A stretch of 63,634 bases of DNA, counting the filler, from Octopus bimaculoides (taxonomy: Eukaryota), in the NCBI RefSeq assembly GCF_001194135.2. It is 6 parts of 4 records of this genome, joined end to end, with 100 filler letters (N's around TTAATTAATTAA, not from the genome) between each part and the next. Parts side by side here need not be neighbours in the genome. Positions count along the whole stretch, not along the records: positions 1 to 18,058 come from NC_068988.1; 5 more parts are not named here. The stretch is one strand, 5' to 3'. This document shows positions 1 through 13,986 of this stretch, piece after piece (the first letter of the stretch is position 1; every line of letters starts with the position of its first letter). The notes beneath the pieces were generated by a model. That model was given only the letters and a program-made list of their open reading frames with translations. It ran no database searches and had not been told where the DNA came from. The translations under genes were made by a program, and so were the position numbers.

Positions 1-770
1 TATATATATATATATATATGTATATATACACGCAAATATATAAGAGTACGTGTGTCAGTGTATTTCTGTATGCGTTAATTTATTAACATTATTAACAATA
101 ATGATCTTCATTACAGATAACACCGTAATTATCCCCATCCCACCCTATCATATTTAATCACTATTAATCTCATTATCATTTTCTCAAGCAACTTACGTAT
201 TTGTGACCCCCCCCCTCTGAAATACATATTCTTTCTCAAATTTGTGCGCCTTTAAACTCCGAACTGTCACTCAATTTGCACGGTACTCGTTTTACAATGA
301 TACATTTTAGTACTATTTCGGTTTCGTTATAAGTGCGTAGACACAAATTTACATCGTTTGGGCATGGGATTTTTATTTTCCTTTCATTTTACTTTCATTT
401 CAGATCACCTATAATTAAATAGGTGAGACATTAAACTAACATTTAAATTTACACTATTTGTTAATATTTTATTAAATATTTTTAAATTGAATACTAGAAT
501 TTCGAATGGGAACAAGGTCGATTTCTTCGGAAAATTAATCTGCTGAATCGAGTTCAGAAATGGAACGGAAATGACCTAATAGAATGCATGAAAGAGTTTT
601 ATATAAACTAAGGTACCATCAGAATATGGAAAATGAGCGAACGAAAGTTCAAGCGAGTATAATCGCTGGATCTTAAGACATTCGCGTTGTTGCAACAATC
701 TGAATTATTTTGGACAGAATATGAAACCTATATATATTTATATATATACACACACATGCACACACACACA

Positions 771-814
<44 letters not shown>

Positions 815-1079
815 NNNNNNNNNNNNNNNNNNNNNNNNNNNNNNNNNNNNNNNNNNNNNNNNNNNNNNNNNNNNNNNNNNNNNNNNNNNNNNNNNNNNNN
901 NNNNNNNNNNNNNNNNNNNNNNNNNNNNNNNNNNNNNNNNNNNNNNNNNNNNNNNATATATATATTATATATGTAACGAAGCATTGGCGAAAAGTAGTCT
1001 TTAGGTATGAATAGAATTTAGGTTAGTTGAAATATGTTTGTCACATACTTCAAATGCTTCAAGGCAAATACACTCAAGT

Positions 1080-1312
1080 TACCGTAAAGAAAACTGTCTA
1101 TTATGGTAAAAAGGTGTGAAAACACACAGTTCGTTCAGTGTCGCCACCTGTGAGGAATCTGACATCGATGTTTGAAGTTTTTTGACATTTGTCAACTAGA
1201 TGTACCTAAGAGAGGGAACTCTCGATGAACTTAATAAAGCTGTAACTTAATATATAATTCAGTCATTACGTTGACCGTTTTTGACCCGGTAGACGCCCCC
1301 GATCAAGGTAAA
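1080..1312 (+). mobile_element. Possible piggyBac-like right-end remnant
   Basis: Ends in GACCGTTTTTGACCCGG...GATCAAGGTAAA, resembling a piggyBac terminus with a degenerate TTAA. Faint Cys-rich-domain-like remnants upstream. Confidence 0.3.
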
Positions 1313-1869
1313 TAACGAATTATTGGTGCAAAGCAGTGTTTAGATATGATTAGAATTTAGGTTAGTTGAAATACGTTTGTCAGATTATTTACATGTATGT
1401 GTGCGTGTGTATGTCTGTATGTGTGTCTGTGTTTGTGTGTGGACGTTGTAAATGTGTTGTGTATGTGTGTGTGTTTATGTGTGTGTGTTTGTGTGCATAT
1501 ACCCAGTAATTGTTTATATCCTTTATTAAGTTACCAAGTGGTGAAATTTCATTTGTGTTAGCGTTCTTTTCTTAATAGTATCATTAAACCTAACTCCCTC
1601 GTTTTACACGTCTCGCGTTATTGCTCTGCAGTGTAAACTGTAGGATATCTCTGCTTTATTAAAATCGCTCAACAGAATAAAGCTATTGACTTTCGCTGGA
1701 AAGTAATTTTTTTCCATAAAACACGTCAAGAACGCTATATGTCGACAGCAGTCTATGTTCTTTTCTAGAAATTAAATTATTACACAATATCAAAATAGAG
1801 AATTCTCATCCAAATGCGATATAGTATTTTTGTTGAAGTGGAAATTTTCAAATGTTTCCTAGCGACAAA

Positions 1870-2310
1870 AAATGGAACCATCAGCTTATTCAGACGAGAA
1901 AAAGCTGCAGTTATAAGGTTTTAGATAGCTTCTAACAATGGATCATGGAGAGAAGAGAATCTCAGATGGAAATCTGCAACGGTGTATATTCCTACAAAGG
2001 GATGTGTTGGTACTATACGGTGTGACGGATTAATTCTGTCACTCATGAAGCCGTAAATGGAATCTCTGAGGGTTTTTTTGTCTGAAGTTTCGGTCTACTA
2101 CATTCGAGAAAGATTTGATGAGGCCGAGGCTTTCTGCGTTGGGTTATTAAATTTAACCACACGGTTTCAAAATGATCTTATTTGCACAATGGTGCCTGTG
2201 ATCAAGCTATGACATTACTCTCTATGATACTAAATGAACGTCTGTTAAACCAATGAAGAATGATTTTCTGTTCAATGTTTGTAAAGCAGAGTGTGGAAAG
2301 AGAGAGATTG
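1870..2310 (+). mobile_element. Highly decayed mariner transposase remnant
   Basis: Broken motifs in the expected order: AAVIRF, SA(R)WV.K (ctgcgttgggttattaaa), N.E.DFL... Confidence 0.42.
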
Positions 2311-4260
2311 ACTAAAATCTTTCTTAATGCTATTATTTTATTGACTTAAAGACAATGCAATAAATGTTTAAGAATACCCGTTCATTTGTGAAGTAAAACT
2401 ATAATAGCAACAAACTAAATTTCATTCTCGTGACCTTTTATTTTAGAGAACATGTTAGTTCGTCTGTTTTGAAACAAAAACGACAATGCTTCCTGCCGTA
2501 AATAGTTTAATGAATTCATATCTTTTGCCGTGTGTATTTATTATCTTAAATATATTTACACAAAATAAAGAAAAAATTATGTCATGTCATACTGAGTGCA
2601 CTCCAATTCCATTGATTCCTTACTCTTCCCTGTCATCCATTTTCTCTGGAACTAAGTTCTTTTTGTTCATTTTTCTTCAAGGTTTGTGTTTATCAGCAGT
2701 TCTTACGTATATGTTCGACGGGGCCCGCTTTTTCTTCTTTACAATGAATTGGTTTCTGTTGTGATAGTTAAAGTACAACGTCATCATTTTTCGCTAACAG
2801 TCCCACCAACTTAAGATTGCATTCTTTAATGGTTTCTCTTAACAATAATATATTTCCATACAAATCACTATTCAAATTGTAGATACCATGTTCAATTCTT
2901 ACTACAGTATTCCCAGATATTATAAGTTATTTTCAAACTTAAAATCTATAAATGATTTCAAATATCCGGTGTCACATTAGATTATATAAATATGAATATA
3001 TTTTCTATAAATTCATTTAAATGAATAAGCAGCATTTCTGTATTGTGTTTAGCGATCTGTGATTGCATATATACTCTCTATTTAAATGCATCATCGTTTT
3101 AAACGAAAAATACATTTCAAGCACTTATTTCTGATTATCATTTAGTGAATGCTGTAGAGTTTTCAGTAAATATACCCGAGTTATTAAATCTTTATTTCAA
3201 CTTTTTCTACCTTTTATTTTTATTTTTGGGTGCATAATATTTTCTTTTTCGGGTAAATTCCAACTTTCAGTGGTGTCTACACATCCGAAGCTAAACTCAT
3301 TAAGTTCCCGAGAGGTTCCGCGTGAGAAAGACTCCTTTATATGATTAAGTCATAAAACACAGGTGCAATTTGTCAATATTGAAATTACTGGAGTGATAAA
3401 TCCTCGTTTAAGATTTATAACCATTCCCTAATCACAATAATCATTAAATCTGCAGCAGCATTATAATTGTACTCCAAACTAGCAAATCCGAATTCTGAAT
3501 CTGAAAGTAAAGAATTTTAAAATTAGATCTCTTCCAAGCATATCAAATTGGATACAAAATAGATGGCGTGGAACATTTGCTGTTCAAATTGCAAATTTGA
3601 AACTATTGTGTAAACCTAGCAATTATTGTTTGTGACTTCAACAAATTTAGCTAGTTATTCTAGAAATTACAGTCAAATGTTTCATCGCCATGTGAAATAT
3701 ATCATGCTGTAGTCAATATACGCGTACGTAATCTTATATATACAGGAATTTGTGTCTTGTTTTACTACTGACACTGAGCTATTCTTGACTTGACTACATT
3801 GTTCGGAAAACATCTGTCTCAACTTCCAAAACAAGAGTTTACAAAAACAGAGAAACATGATTTCATTAGGATAAAGGTAAATAACTGTACAACCTGACGT
3901 GTAATTCGAGTTGATCAAGGCTTCACGCGCTAAAACGTCTATTATATAGAATATTTTTAGAAAATGTGAAGAATTATATTATGGATAACTATATTATGAA
4001 GGATTATATTATGGAGCTTATTTGATTTACAGTTTCAGTTTTATTGGAAACAAATAGTGTTTTATTATCGATAAATAATTTAGGATCCGTGAAAAATATT
4101 GATAGTGCAGTTTAATTTCTTAATGGATACAAGAATATAAATTTCACGGGAAGGTGAGGTGTATGAATTCAAAATTGAATATGGGAAATACTTGAGAGTA
4201 ATTAATTTCCAAAGTGCACTGTTCTCTCTACTATTCTTGAATATATCATTTGCTCTACAG

Positions 4261-4418
4261 GAATCATACTATTAATTCTTGCGATTAATTTGTACTCGGG
4301 CGACACTGATGCAGGGTGTAGAACGTTATTTTATGTGCCAGAGAAGAAAACTTGTTCAAGTAGGACGCTTATTTTTCTAAATAAATTTATAAAATATTGT
4401 TTTACTTCTAGTGACTAA
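4261..4418 (+). CDS. Candidate terminal coding exon of a small secreted Cys-containing peptide (possibly pseudogenic)
   Basis: Acceptor TCATTTGCTCTACAG (AG 4259-4260). Phase-1 frame open 52 codons: (G)IILLILAINLYSGDTDA-GCRTLFYVPEKKTCSSRTLIFLNKFIKYCFTSSD*. No homologue recognised. Confidence 0.3.
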
Positions 4419-7400
4419 ACGATACTAAATAAGTTAAGATACAACCTAACGTTTACTAGCACAAGTACAAAAACGTCTATGATCGAAAAGCCCAAATATA
4501 CAAACTATATTGTGATGTAATACATCCAGGCAGAATTTATGACGTTTCATGTATTCCATGAGAGACTCTTCGGTATTTAATATAAGGCATTTCATTAATG
4601 GCATCTTAAATATCAGCTGTTCCCTGTAGTCTCTAACCCAATGTTGACAATAAATTAGAACCGTTATTCACATTATTTAAGGCTTTCTATTTTAGTGAGT
4701 CAAAATTCAACGCCGATAAAGTTTGAGCTCTGAATGTAGACAAATTATTCGAAATGCTGGAGCATTTGCTATTCGCTTTCAGACTTGGAGCAATGGTCTA
4801 AAATATGAGATAGCTTATATGGAATAATAGACACAGGTCATCACTAAGCTCCTTGAGTTCTAGATTTTTACCTTAAATTCTGTAATACTTCGGCAATTTT
4901 CACCAACTGACCAGTGTTATTGAATGCAAGGCATCAAATCTCGTCTGTCACTCTAACAGAGACAGCCGAGAATTCACTCTTTCATAAAAGCGAATAGGCG
5001 TCCGAGGGATTCCATTTCATGAATAAAAATTTCATTGATACATGTTATAGTTTTTGTTTGAAGGTCACTAGTTAAAGTAATATACAATAATATTTCTCAC
5101 ATTCGTCTACTATTCTGAGCACTAAAGCTCCATTATGTTAATATTTATCCTGTATAGGGTGTTTTGTTCATTCCTTCACCTATCCTTCTCTACAACAAAA
5201 GGGAAGATGGTTTCTTTAACAGTTAATGGTCAGCTACGAAGAAAGAGAAAGAGATTAGTTTTCATTCTGATTCTAATCTGCTGCAGTTCATAAATTAGTG
5301 GAAGGGAGAAACACACACATATATATATATTGGTATTGTTGCAGAGTGCAGTTATTTATTTAAAGTAAGGTAAAGAGGTAATCCAGTGGTGGAAGATACT
5401 GCCAGCAGAAAACTCCATGCATTATGCTGCTGCTTTTATTATAGTCGCATTCTACATAACACATGATTGATGGGAGTCTGAAAAGGACGAAAAGAGAGAT
5501 GTTTTTCAAGTAGATGCCGTAGTAATATGTTTACTGTGCTATTATTAATCTTGGCACTTTAGATCCATTTGCTCCCTTCCTACCTAACCCTGAACAGATA
5601 GTCGGGTTAATCACTGTTTTCAGGAGCTCTGAAATACCTATGCTAAATGCTGTAACTTTATTATAGAGCCGTGATATATATTGAAGGAATACTTAAGGTG
5701 CATATATCAATCAATGCAGAATGAAAACATTTACTTTATCTTTCTGGATGTGAGAATGACCTGTCAGGTTTGTTCAAAGCTGGAGATGAGGAAGAGAAGA
5801 GGTGAAGTGAAATAGAAAAGAGAAAACAGAAATTGATCTTATTCCCATAGCTGCAAAGTTTCGAGAAAGATAGGGAGTATGTTACGATAATTTAATCATT
5901 TAAACTTACCGAAGAATTGGAAAGGAGAAATTAAATTTGCGAGAAGAAAGTTATTAATGCAAAGAGATAAAAGATAGCTGTATTCACTATTGTCTTCAGG
6001 CTATATAATGTAGAAATTATTTGAACGCAGCCAAGTGTTTTATTTTGAGTTTCAAAAGACTTCTAACAGTTAAAAAAAAAGCACTAGATGATGAAAACAA
6101 AAACCTGTCAAATTTAAAAACAATATAAAATTGTTAATGTATTTTTATTTATATATATTTGTGTTATTTTTGACACATGAAAAAGTATCTGAGTTTTGAT
6201 AGAACTTTTGAGAATTGTAACTATTTAAATATGTTACAGTATTCTTTTAGTTGTATATTGTTATATTAAAACTTAGATCAAAATTGTTCTGTATCATTAC
6301 AAGAATATATTATAGTGAGCACGACGTGGCAAAAGTATCCACTGTGTAACCGATTAACTATTAAGTACATAAGGACGGATATATTAGATTTGGTGTCGAA
6401 CACTGCTGGGCTTCATATGATAATCGCTTGGTAATCTCCGATTGCTACTATATTTCTATTCGCACTTATCATTTCACTTCAACAATATAAAAGAAATGAG
6501 GAAAATCCAAGATATCGCCATAGATAATATAATTTATTCTTTCAAGTTGTATGGCGGTTAAATTAGTGAGATATCTTCAGAAATAGCTAGCAGCTTTTGA
6601 TTAATGGATAATGTTGATTAATGAGACATGAAACATAATTCTTGCTATATGAATTAATTTTTTCATATATAAATAACTTAAATTTCAAACATGAAATTCG
6701 GTAATGTACCTAATTTATATTTAAATTAGGTACAATATATATTTTAATATTTTCATTAATTAGTATTTACGTTATCATTTGTAGGTATTCACATTAATAT
6801 TATAAGGAGAAGCTAGTGGTGAGAAAACTAGAAATAACCTAGAGTTGAATGTGATCATTGTCTATGCCTTCATACTGATAGTTGTTATTTTTTAACCCTA
6901 GGTTGGCTTTCATTTATCAAGCCTAAGATCAAAGGCATTCTATTCGTGATATCAGGTTTACATTTACAGACATAATTCAAGGGTTTTGGGAGAGATTTGG
7001 GTGCTCTTTTTATCACATTTGCTAAGCGCATTAACACTACGTCATTGGTGGTAATTTGATGGTTCTATATGTTGTAGGTTCAGGTACAAGTTAGACGAAT
7101 AGCTGAAGGTGTTTGACGTTCTGAGGGTTCTTTGATGTAAAGAGTAGCCGCCCTATAAAGCTTCATTAACGCAAACACGTAACAACTATCTTGCAATGCT
7201 TCTGATTTAGTTTAAATAACGTGTGTGATTTTAAAATATTTTAGATTTTTCGATAATATCGAAAAGCCATTGTTTTCAAGTAATCTTAACAAATGCCCCA
7301 ATTGTATAGCGGAGAGAAACGTTTATTTACATTCTCATTCAGTGCTACAGTGTATCAGACGTCTTGGTTGAAATGCACAAAGACATTTTCTCATTCCACA

Positions 7401-8970
7401 CGAGCGAGAGCATTATGTTAATCACAAATAATCCCCTTGCTCGTTGTGAATCGAGAAAATGCTTTGCAATACACCTCAATTCTTTGGAGATATCAGCTCG
7501 TATTTTCACTTTATTCTTGCGAGGCATCATCCTGTATCTGCCGCTGCTCTATCGTAAAATTCATGTTAATTTGTCATATTGACACCCAATCACACTTCTG
7601 TTGATAACCACTGAATCAACGGTGGAATATTTCTCGTACGTATTTGTTTGGCTCAAGAGAAATCAACTAAGGTTGTCTTAGAAATAGGTAAGATTTGATC
7701 TCAAACTGTAGTAGATAAGTAGCTCTATACAATTTTTTGATGAATACCTGAGAATTTATATTACTATAAATATCATTGCATTAATAATGCAAAATCCATC
7801 CACACAGAATCGTGATACATTTTACCTACCTAGTATTTCACGTAAGTGTAATATAATTTCTTTTTCGTGTATCATATTCATAAGAAGTACAAAGCTAAAC
7901 GAGAAAGTTAAACTTAAATATTATTACATCCTATTTTTATTTTCTGTTTTAGATAGTTATAAATCAAGAGATTCTTCTTGTTGTAAACATTAACTAACTT
8001 TAAAGATATTTTCTTGAAACTGCTGTTGTAATACATGAAATATCAAAAGGAATGAAACCATTAGCTAGTGTGATCCTATAAGTATACTGAAAGAAAGAAA
8101 TATAATTTTACAAAGCAAATTGAGTTGCATACGTTCGGCCCTTCTTTTTCATCTTTATTAATATCGACATTCTGAAAACTCCTTTTAAATTTCTTCACTA
8201 ATGTATAATTTCGTTTTCAATCGATGTTCCCTTTGTAATAATCTCCAATCTTCTTTTCAACATTGTTTTCCTGACCTCCTACCTTTTACGTGCACATATA
8301 ATAGTCTGTTGAATCTCAGAACAATGATTGACTTAGAGCAATACACATCAGTTTTAACGAACGCATCTCACATCAACGAATGTGTATTGTAACATCCACA
8401 AACGATCTCTATCACCCTCTCCATTATGCGTTAAAGTATTACTTCGGATACATATCTCATATAACAGTTATCAGCGATTTGCTTGTTTATACTTAGGTTA
8501 AAGTGTTAGAAAATAAATAACTTCAAATAACATCATTATATATAATAGATTTCGTTTTGTTTTTAACATAGCATATTTTAATTTAACTTCTATAGAAATA
8601 TTTACTGATGTTTAAGAATACGGGTCAGGAAAATGTAATATATATCGTATGTAAGTAATGGCACCATTCAAATAGGCTTCTGAATAGTAAAAGTGTGAAT
8701 TAATTTCAAACCTTATATAATTTTGGTGTTTGACTTTGTAGACATGATTATACGCTATTTTCATTCTTAAGAAATGGTTTTAAAATAATACGATTATTTC
8801 TATAAATTATGAATCGTAGCCTTAATTCCTCGTGATGCAAAAATTATATTTTTTTAATTTTTACTTCATTTCCTCATAAGAAGCATTGGAGGACCCTGTT
8901 ACTCATTAGCGAAGAACTGAGTACTCATTGACAAAATTAACAGAGATGAACGTCCTTTATATATATATAT

Positions 8971-9390
8971 ACTCTTACTCTCTTTTACTCTTTTACTTGT
9001 TTCAGTCATTTGACTGCGGCCATGCTGGAGCACCGCCTTTAGTCGAGAAAATCGACCCCAGGACTTATTCTTTGTAAGCCTAGTACGTATATGCTATCGG
9101 TCACTTTTGCCGAACTGCTAAGTTACGGAGACGTAAACACACCAGCATCTGTTGTCAAGCGATGTTGGGGGTACAAACAGACACACAAACACACACACAT
9201 ATATGTATATATATACATATACATATATACGACGGGCTTCTTTCAGTTTCCGTCTACCAAATCCACTTACAAGGCTTTGGTCAGCCCGAGGTTATAGTAG
9301 AAGACACTTACCCAAGGTGCCACGCAGTGGGACTGAACCCGGAACTATGTGGTTGGTAAGCAAGTTACTTACCACATAGCCACTCCTGCG
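8971..9390 (-). mobile_element. tRNA-headed SINE family B (full length)
   Basis: Reverse complement starts GCAGGAGTGGCTATGTGGTAAG (A box) ...GGTTCAGTCC (B box). Internal CA/TA tract, (AAAGAGT)n tail, TA-repeat flanks; recurs many times in the window. Confidence 0.9.
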
Positions 9391-10604
9391 CATATATATA
9401 TATATATATATATATGCAACTACACACGTGTTGTTGACGAGTCCTTTTCCTTCTATCCTTTCCGACGAAAAGTTAAGCTGGAAACGTCGTAAACTCTGTC
9501 TTTACACTGACGGTCAAACCAATACATTCCTTCTGCACGTCCTCTTCTTGTCTGTTATTCTCTTCTTGTTAATTTTACTGTTCATTTGAAATGACTATGT
9601 ATATATATGTGTGTGTGTATGTTTCATCATTTAGATATGAATATATGGAGGATATTGTCAGTGCGTGCCTGTGTGTGCTACAGACAAATGACTCCTACTT
9701 TCGTATCAATTCTATCTATAGCTGAGCAGTGTTATCTTCAGCGATAACCTAATATGTATACCAATATATTTGCAGTTTTTTACAGGTTAAAATATGTTTA
9801 CATATATATATATATTAATTAATTTAATTTGGCCTTTTTTATAGGGAATGAGCTAGTTTCTCTAAAACATTTTAACAGACAAAGGGAAATACATATGTTG
9901 ATGTACAACTATTAAACTGCGATTGAAAAGATCGCATACGAACACAAAATAGGTTTATTCTTGTTGCAGAGCTGATGTTTCGTATCAACTTGTATTGTAG
10001 GTAGCGTTATTGGATAAGGTCATTTATGTATTCTTTTAAGCATTTGCAAGGAAAAGAGACACGTAACCAGAAGACTGATTGATGTAACTTGACGCAGCGA
10101 CTAAATAAATTTGTTAGGCAAAGCACTAAAATAGATTCAACGTTGGAGTAATAGCTTATTGCTGTAATAAAGCTAATAGTTGCGTGTTAATTTTAATTTT
10201 CTGTCAATACAGCTTGTTAGAGATGGTTAAGGTGATTTATGTGAGCCAAATCCTCCGCAGGATCCCTGGTAATAAATTAATTTATGGGGAAACAGTATGT
10301 CTAGTAAGTATTAATGTTTCCTGTTTCTCTTATAATGTAATATGTTTTATAATCATAATTGTTTAGTAAAATATAAATTTTGATTTTCTGGAAGACTGGT
10401 TGAAAGTATAATTTATCTCTGTACATATATGAGAATCACTGCTTTAACTACCCGTTCCAACAATGCTTTAATTGAAGTTAACATTAAAGGCGAAATCAGT
10501 TGAGGTTTACATTTATAGCTTCATAAATACATTTCCTTCTCTTTCACTGATGGATGAAAGTATTAAAGAAAAACGACAATCTAAAAATCTCCCCACTTCC
10601 CACC

Positions 10605-10663
10605 CATCTTCCTCCTCCTCCTTCTCCTCCTCCTTCTCCTCCTCCTCCTTCTTCTTCTTCTCG

Positions 10664-10721
<58 letters not shown>

Positions 10722-10856
10722 CATCATCATTATTGTTGTTGTTGTTGCTATTGTTATTGCTGTTGCTGTTGTTACTGCAACCACTACTATTACTCTAATA
10801 GTATTACTTTTACTATGTTGTTATTATTATTATTATTAATATTATTATTATTATTA

Positions 10857-10945
<89 letters not shown>

Positions 10946-11003
10946 TTCATCTTCATCATCATCATTATTATCATCATCATCAACATTATTATTATCATCA
11001 TCT
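10605..11003. repeat. Compound trinucleotide microsatellite (TCC/TTC/TAT/CAT/TGT); similar blocks at 18820-19165, 33420-33490, 39325-39790
   Basis: Directly visible; source of the poly-L/Y/I/N/D ORFs. Confidence 0.95.
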
Positions 11004-12285
11004 TTTATTGGAAACATGAGTTAATAATTCAAGGAAGATTTATATTCGGCTCTAATAGAAATATTCAAAGAAAAAGCTGAAATATTCTCGGATTTTATCA
11101 AAGTTGGCTGTCTTTCATTTATGTTCTAGTACAGCTCCCATTTTCGCATAGGTTATATATAGATGTATTTGATAATGATAGAAATTATATATTCTTCTGT
11201 GAAGACTATTTCTCAGAAGAGTTATTACGCAAATAATATGAATGGATATCAAAACGAAAGAGATGTGTTGTTGAGAAACATGAGAGATATAGCTCTAGAG
11301 ACAGAGGACAAGGGAGATATATAACAATAGTTATACAGTTATATTGAGAAAAAATGAGGAAGTAGTAAAGAGAAAGTAGTAAAGAGAAACCATAATATGA
11401 AAATGAAATATATATTCGAAATATGTATCAAGAGAACATATTTATTGATCAAAGAGACGTTCTTCTTCCAAGGAAATGGATATAAAGAAGTTAGAAATAT
11501 TATAAGGCATCGTTTTAAGAAGAAACATTCGCTATGTGATAATGGCATGAAAGAACTCGTTTGTCGCAAAATAATTTTATTTGAAGCGCTCAAAATCTAC
11601 TTTTTCCGGAACGAAACGGCCAGAATAGTATTGCAATTTCATAAAACATAACCCCTGACTGGAAATAGGCCAAGCAATAAGATAAGCAGAGACGTTACAC
11701 GAGAAATAAAAAGATAATAATCGATCAAATATAGAGTGCAAATATATTTAATATGTCATATATTGGTGAATACCACAATGGTGAATTTCCAATAATAATA
11801 GTATGTTGGTTTGTATACACAACCTGATATATTGTTCTACTTGTACATTATATATTTGAAAGCTGCGGAAAATGCGGGAAAGCATCTTTTTTTTAATATT
11901 CTTAAAATGGATAAATACCATACCATGAAAATACTAGGGTCGTTTCACTTGATCTAATAAATACATTTAGAAATAACTGTAATCTCTTCCCGTAATTACA
12001 TATGATGTAGGTTGTAACTAGATATGTATAGGTGGCAGAAGATTTTGTTCTTAGACAAAATGCCAAGCAGTAGTTCTTCCAGTTCATTACATTTTGAGTT
12101 CAAATTATGCCAAGTTACATTTACCATTTATTCTTTTGTGACCGATACAATAATCATCAGTCGACTAGTGAGGTCGATATAATCGACTACTCCTTCTAGA
12201 ATTGCTGATTTTGTGCCAAAATTGGTAAGAATTATATGTGTGTCTATGTGCATTGTATATCGATACCAAAATGTATGTAGGAATA

Positions 12286-12339
<54 letters not shown>

Positions 12340-13236
12340 CATATATACATATGAGTATATACATACATATATATACACACAAACACATGAAACAACAGTC
12401 ATGTACCATATGGTTCCAATTACATATCCCGTATTTTACTTAATTGTTTAGTGTTAATGGCCTGACCGCATCGATACTGCTTCTGGCAAAACAAACTCCT
12501 TTCTCGATGGTACCAACCTTTAGTGCGTCTTAAATGTCGGTACAAGGTGCCATAATATGTATCAATGGACATATTTCGCATGACGCATTGACATTTCCAA
12601 AGTTTTCTTTAATGTTGATGTGACAACCAAATCACTTTTAACAAAAGACAGCTTATAGTAACATATATCACGGGCAGAATCTTACTTTACAATTAGCGGC
12701 TAATGTGTCAAGTCTTTGATCGACTTTCAGTTAAGTATTTATAGTAGCATGCTTCAGTTTTACGAGGCAGACACGTTACTTATAGTGTCCACTTCGCATA
12801 TGTTATGACAGCCAGTCGAAAGAAAACACCATGATATCAATAAAATATTGTTTGGTTTATTTACTACTCAACGTTAATGAAGAAATGAAATTATAGCCTC
12901 TGCATGAAGGTCGCGATAGTTCAGCGTACCAAACAATGCAGCTACAACAGCTTAGAATCTAGGGCGAATGAAACGGAATCTTCCAGAGAATCGGTTTTAT
13001 CTAAATGAACAAATTTCGTTTCTTTATGACAGTTTGCTTATCATTATTTTGGCTGCTGCATATATACACTTACATTAGACTGTGGTCATAGTGGAGCAAT
13101 GTCTGGGAGAATTGTGAGATAGTCGAAAGAATCAAGCATAGTACATTTTTCTTTTTTTTTTTTTTTGCGAAGCCCAAGACATATTCCATCCGTGTCTTTG
13201 TCCGAACCGCTAGTTTACGAGGAAATACCTGGCGTG

Positions 13237-13268
<32 letters not shown>

Positions 13269-13687
13269 NNNNNNNNNNNNNNNNNNNNNNNNNNNNNNNN
13301 NNNNNNNNNNNNNNNNNNNNNNNNNNNNNNNNNNNNNNNNNNNNNNNNNNNNNNNNNNNNNNNNNNNNNNNNNNNNNNNNNNNNNNNNNNNNNNNNNNNN
13401 NNNNNNNNNNNNNNNNNNNNNNNNNNNNNNNNNNNNNNNNNNNNNNNNNNNNNNNNNNNNNNNNNNNNNNNNNNNNNNNNNNNNNNNNNNNNNNNNNNNN
13501 NNNNNNNNNNNNNNNNNNNNNNNNNNNNNNNNNNNNNNNNNNNNNNNNNNNNNNNNNNNNNNNNNNNNNNNNNNNNNNNNNNNNNNNNNNNNNNNNNNNN
13601 NNNNNNNNNNNNNNNNNNNNNNNNNNNNNNNNNNNNNNTAGATGTACTTGCAAAGCAAGTGACTTGATCTGAGATCGTCAGCTGAAA

Positions 13688-13986
13688 CAAATACAATTGC
13701 AGCGTGGGAGCTACTTTATAAGCCATTTAAAAACACAAGAAAAACCGTTAGATTAACTTCAACATTTAAATATGATTTGTGTCAAACTTTTTTCGTCGCT
13801 TTGAGACTGCAACCTTCTCACTGACAAAACTTCGCGCAGCACGAAGTTTTGTCAGTGAACAGGTCGCAGTTTCAAAGCGACGAAAAAAGTTTGACACAAA
13901 TCAAATTTGAATGTTGAAGTGTATCTAACGGTTTTTTTGTGTTGTTAAATGGCTTATAAACACCTTCTACGCTGCAATTGTGTTTG
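13688..13986. mobile_element. Foldback/MITE-like element, ~147-bp inverted arms, <=7-nt loop
   Basis: 13688-13834 is the reverse complement of 13842-13986 with only scattered mismatches (e.g. GATTTGTGTCAAACTTTTTTCGTCGCTTTGA / TCAAAGCGACGAAAAAAGTTTGACACAAATC). Confidence 0.9.

Noticed and set aside
6705-6734. 13-bp perfect hairpin TGTACCTAATTTA-TATT-TAAATTAGGTACA (and a smaller one at ~406-427)
   Set aside because: Short AT-rich palindromes are common inside MITE debris; no further support.
10472-11024. Poly-Leu/Tyr/Ile/Asn/Asp ORFs (also 18756-19321, 39261-39932) and HT/YI/CV/X-rich ORFs
   Set aside because: Translations of microsatellites or N gaps; open in several frames on both strands.
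11397-11651. ORF with faint RT-like FxFQGxxYK pattern; also faint RTE-like text at ~8250-8450 (minus) and a helix-turn-helix-like ORF at 7345-7530
   Set aside because: No catalytic motifs; similarity too weak to call without a profile search.
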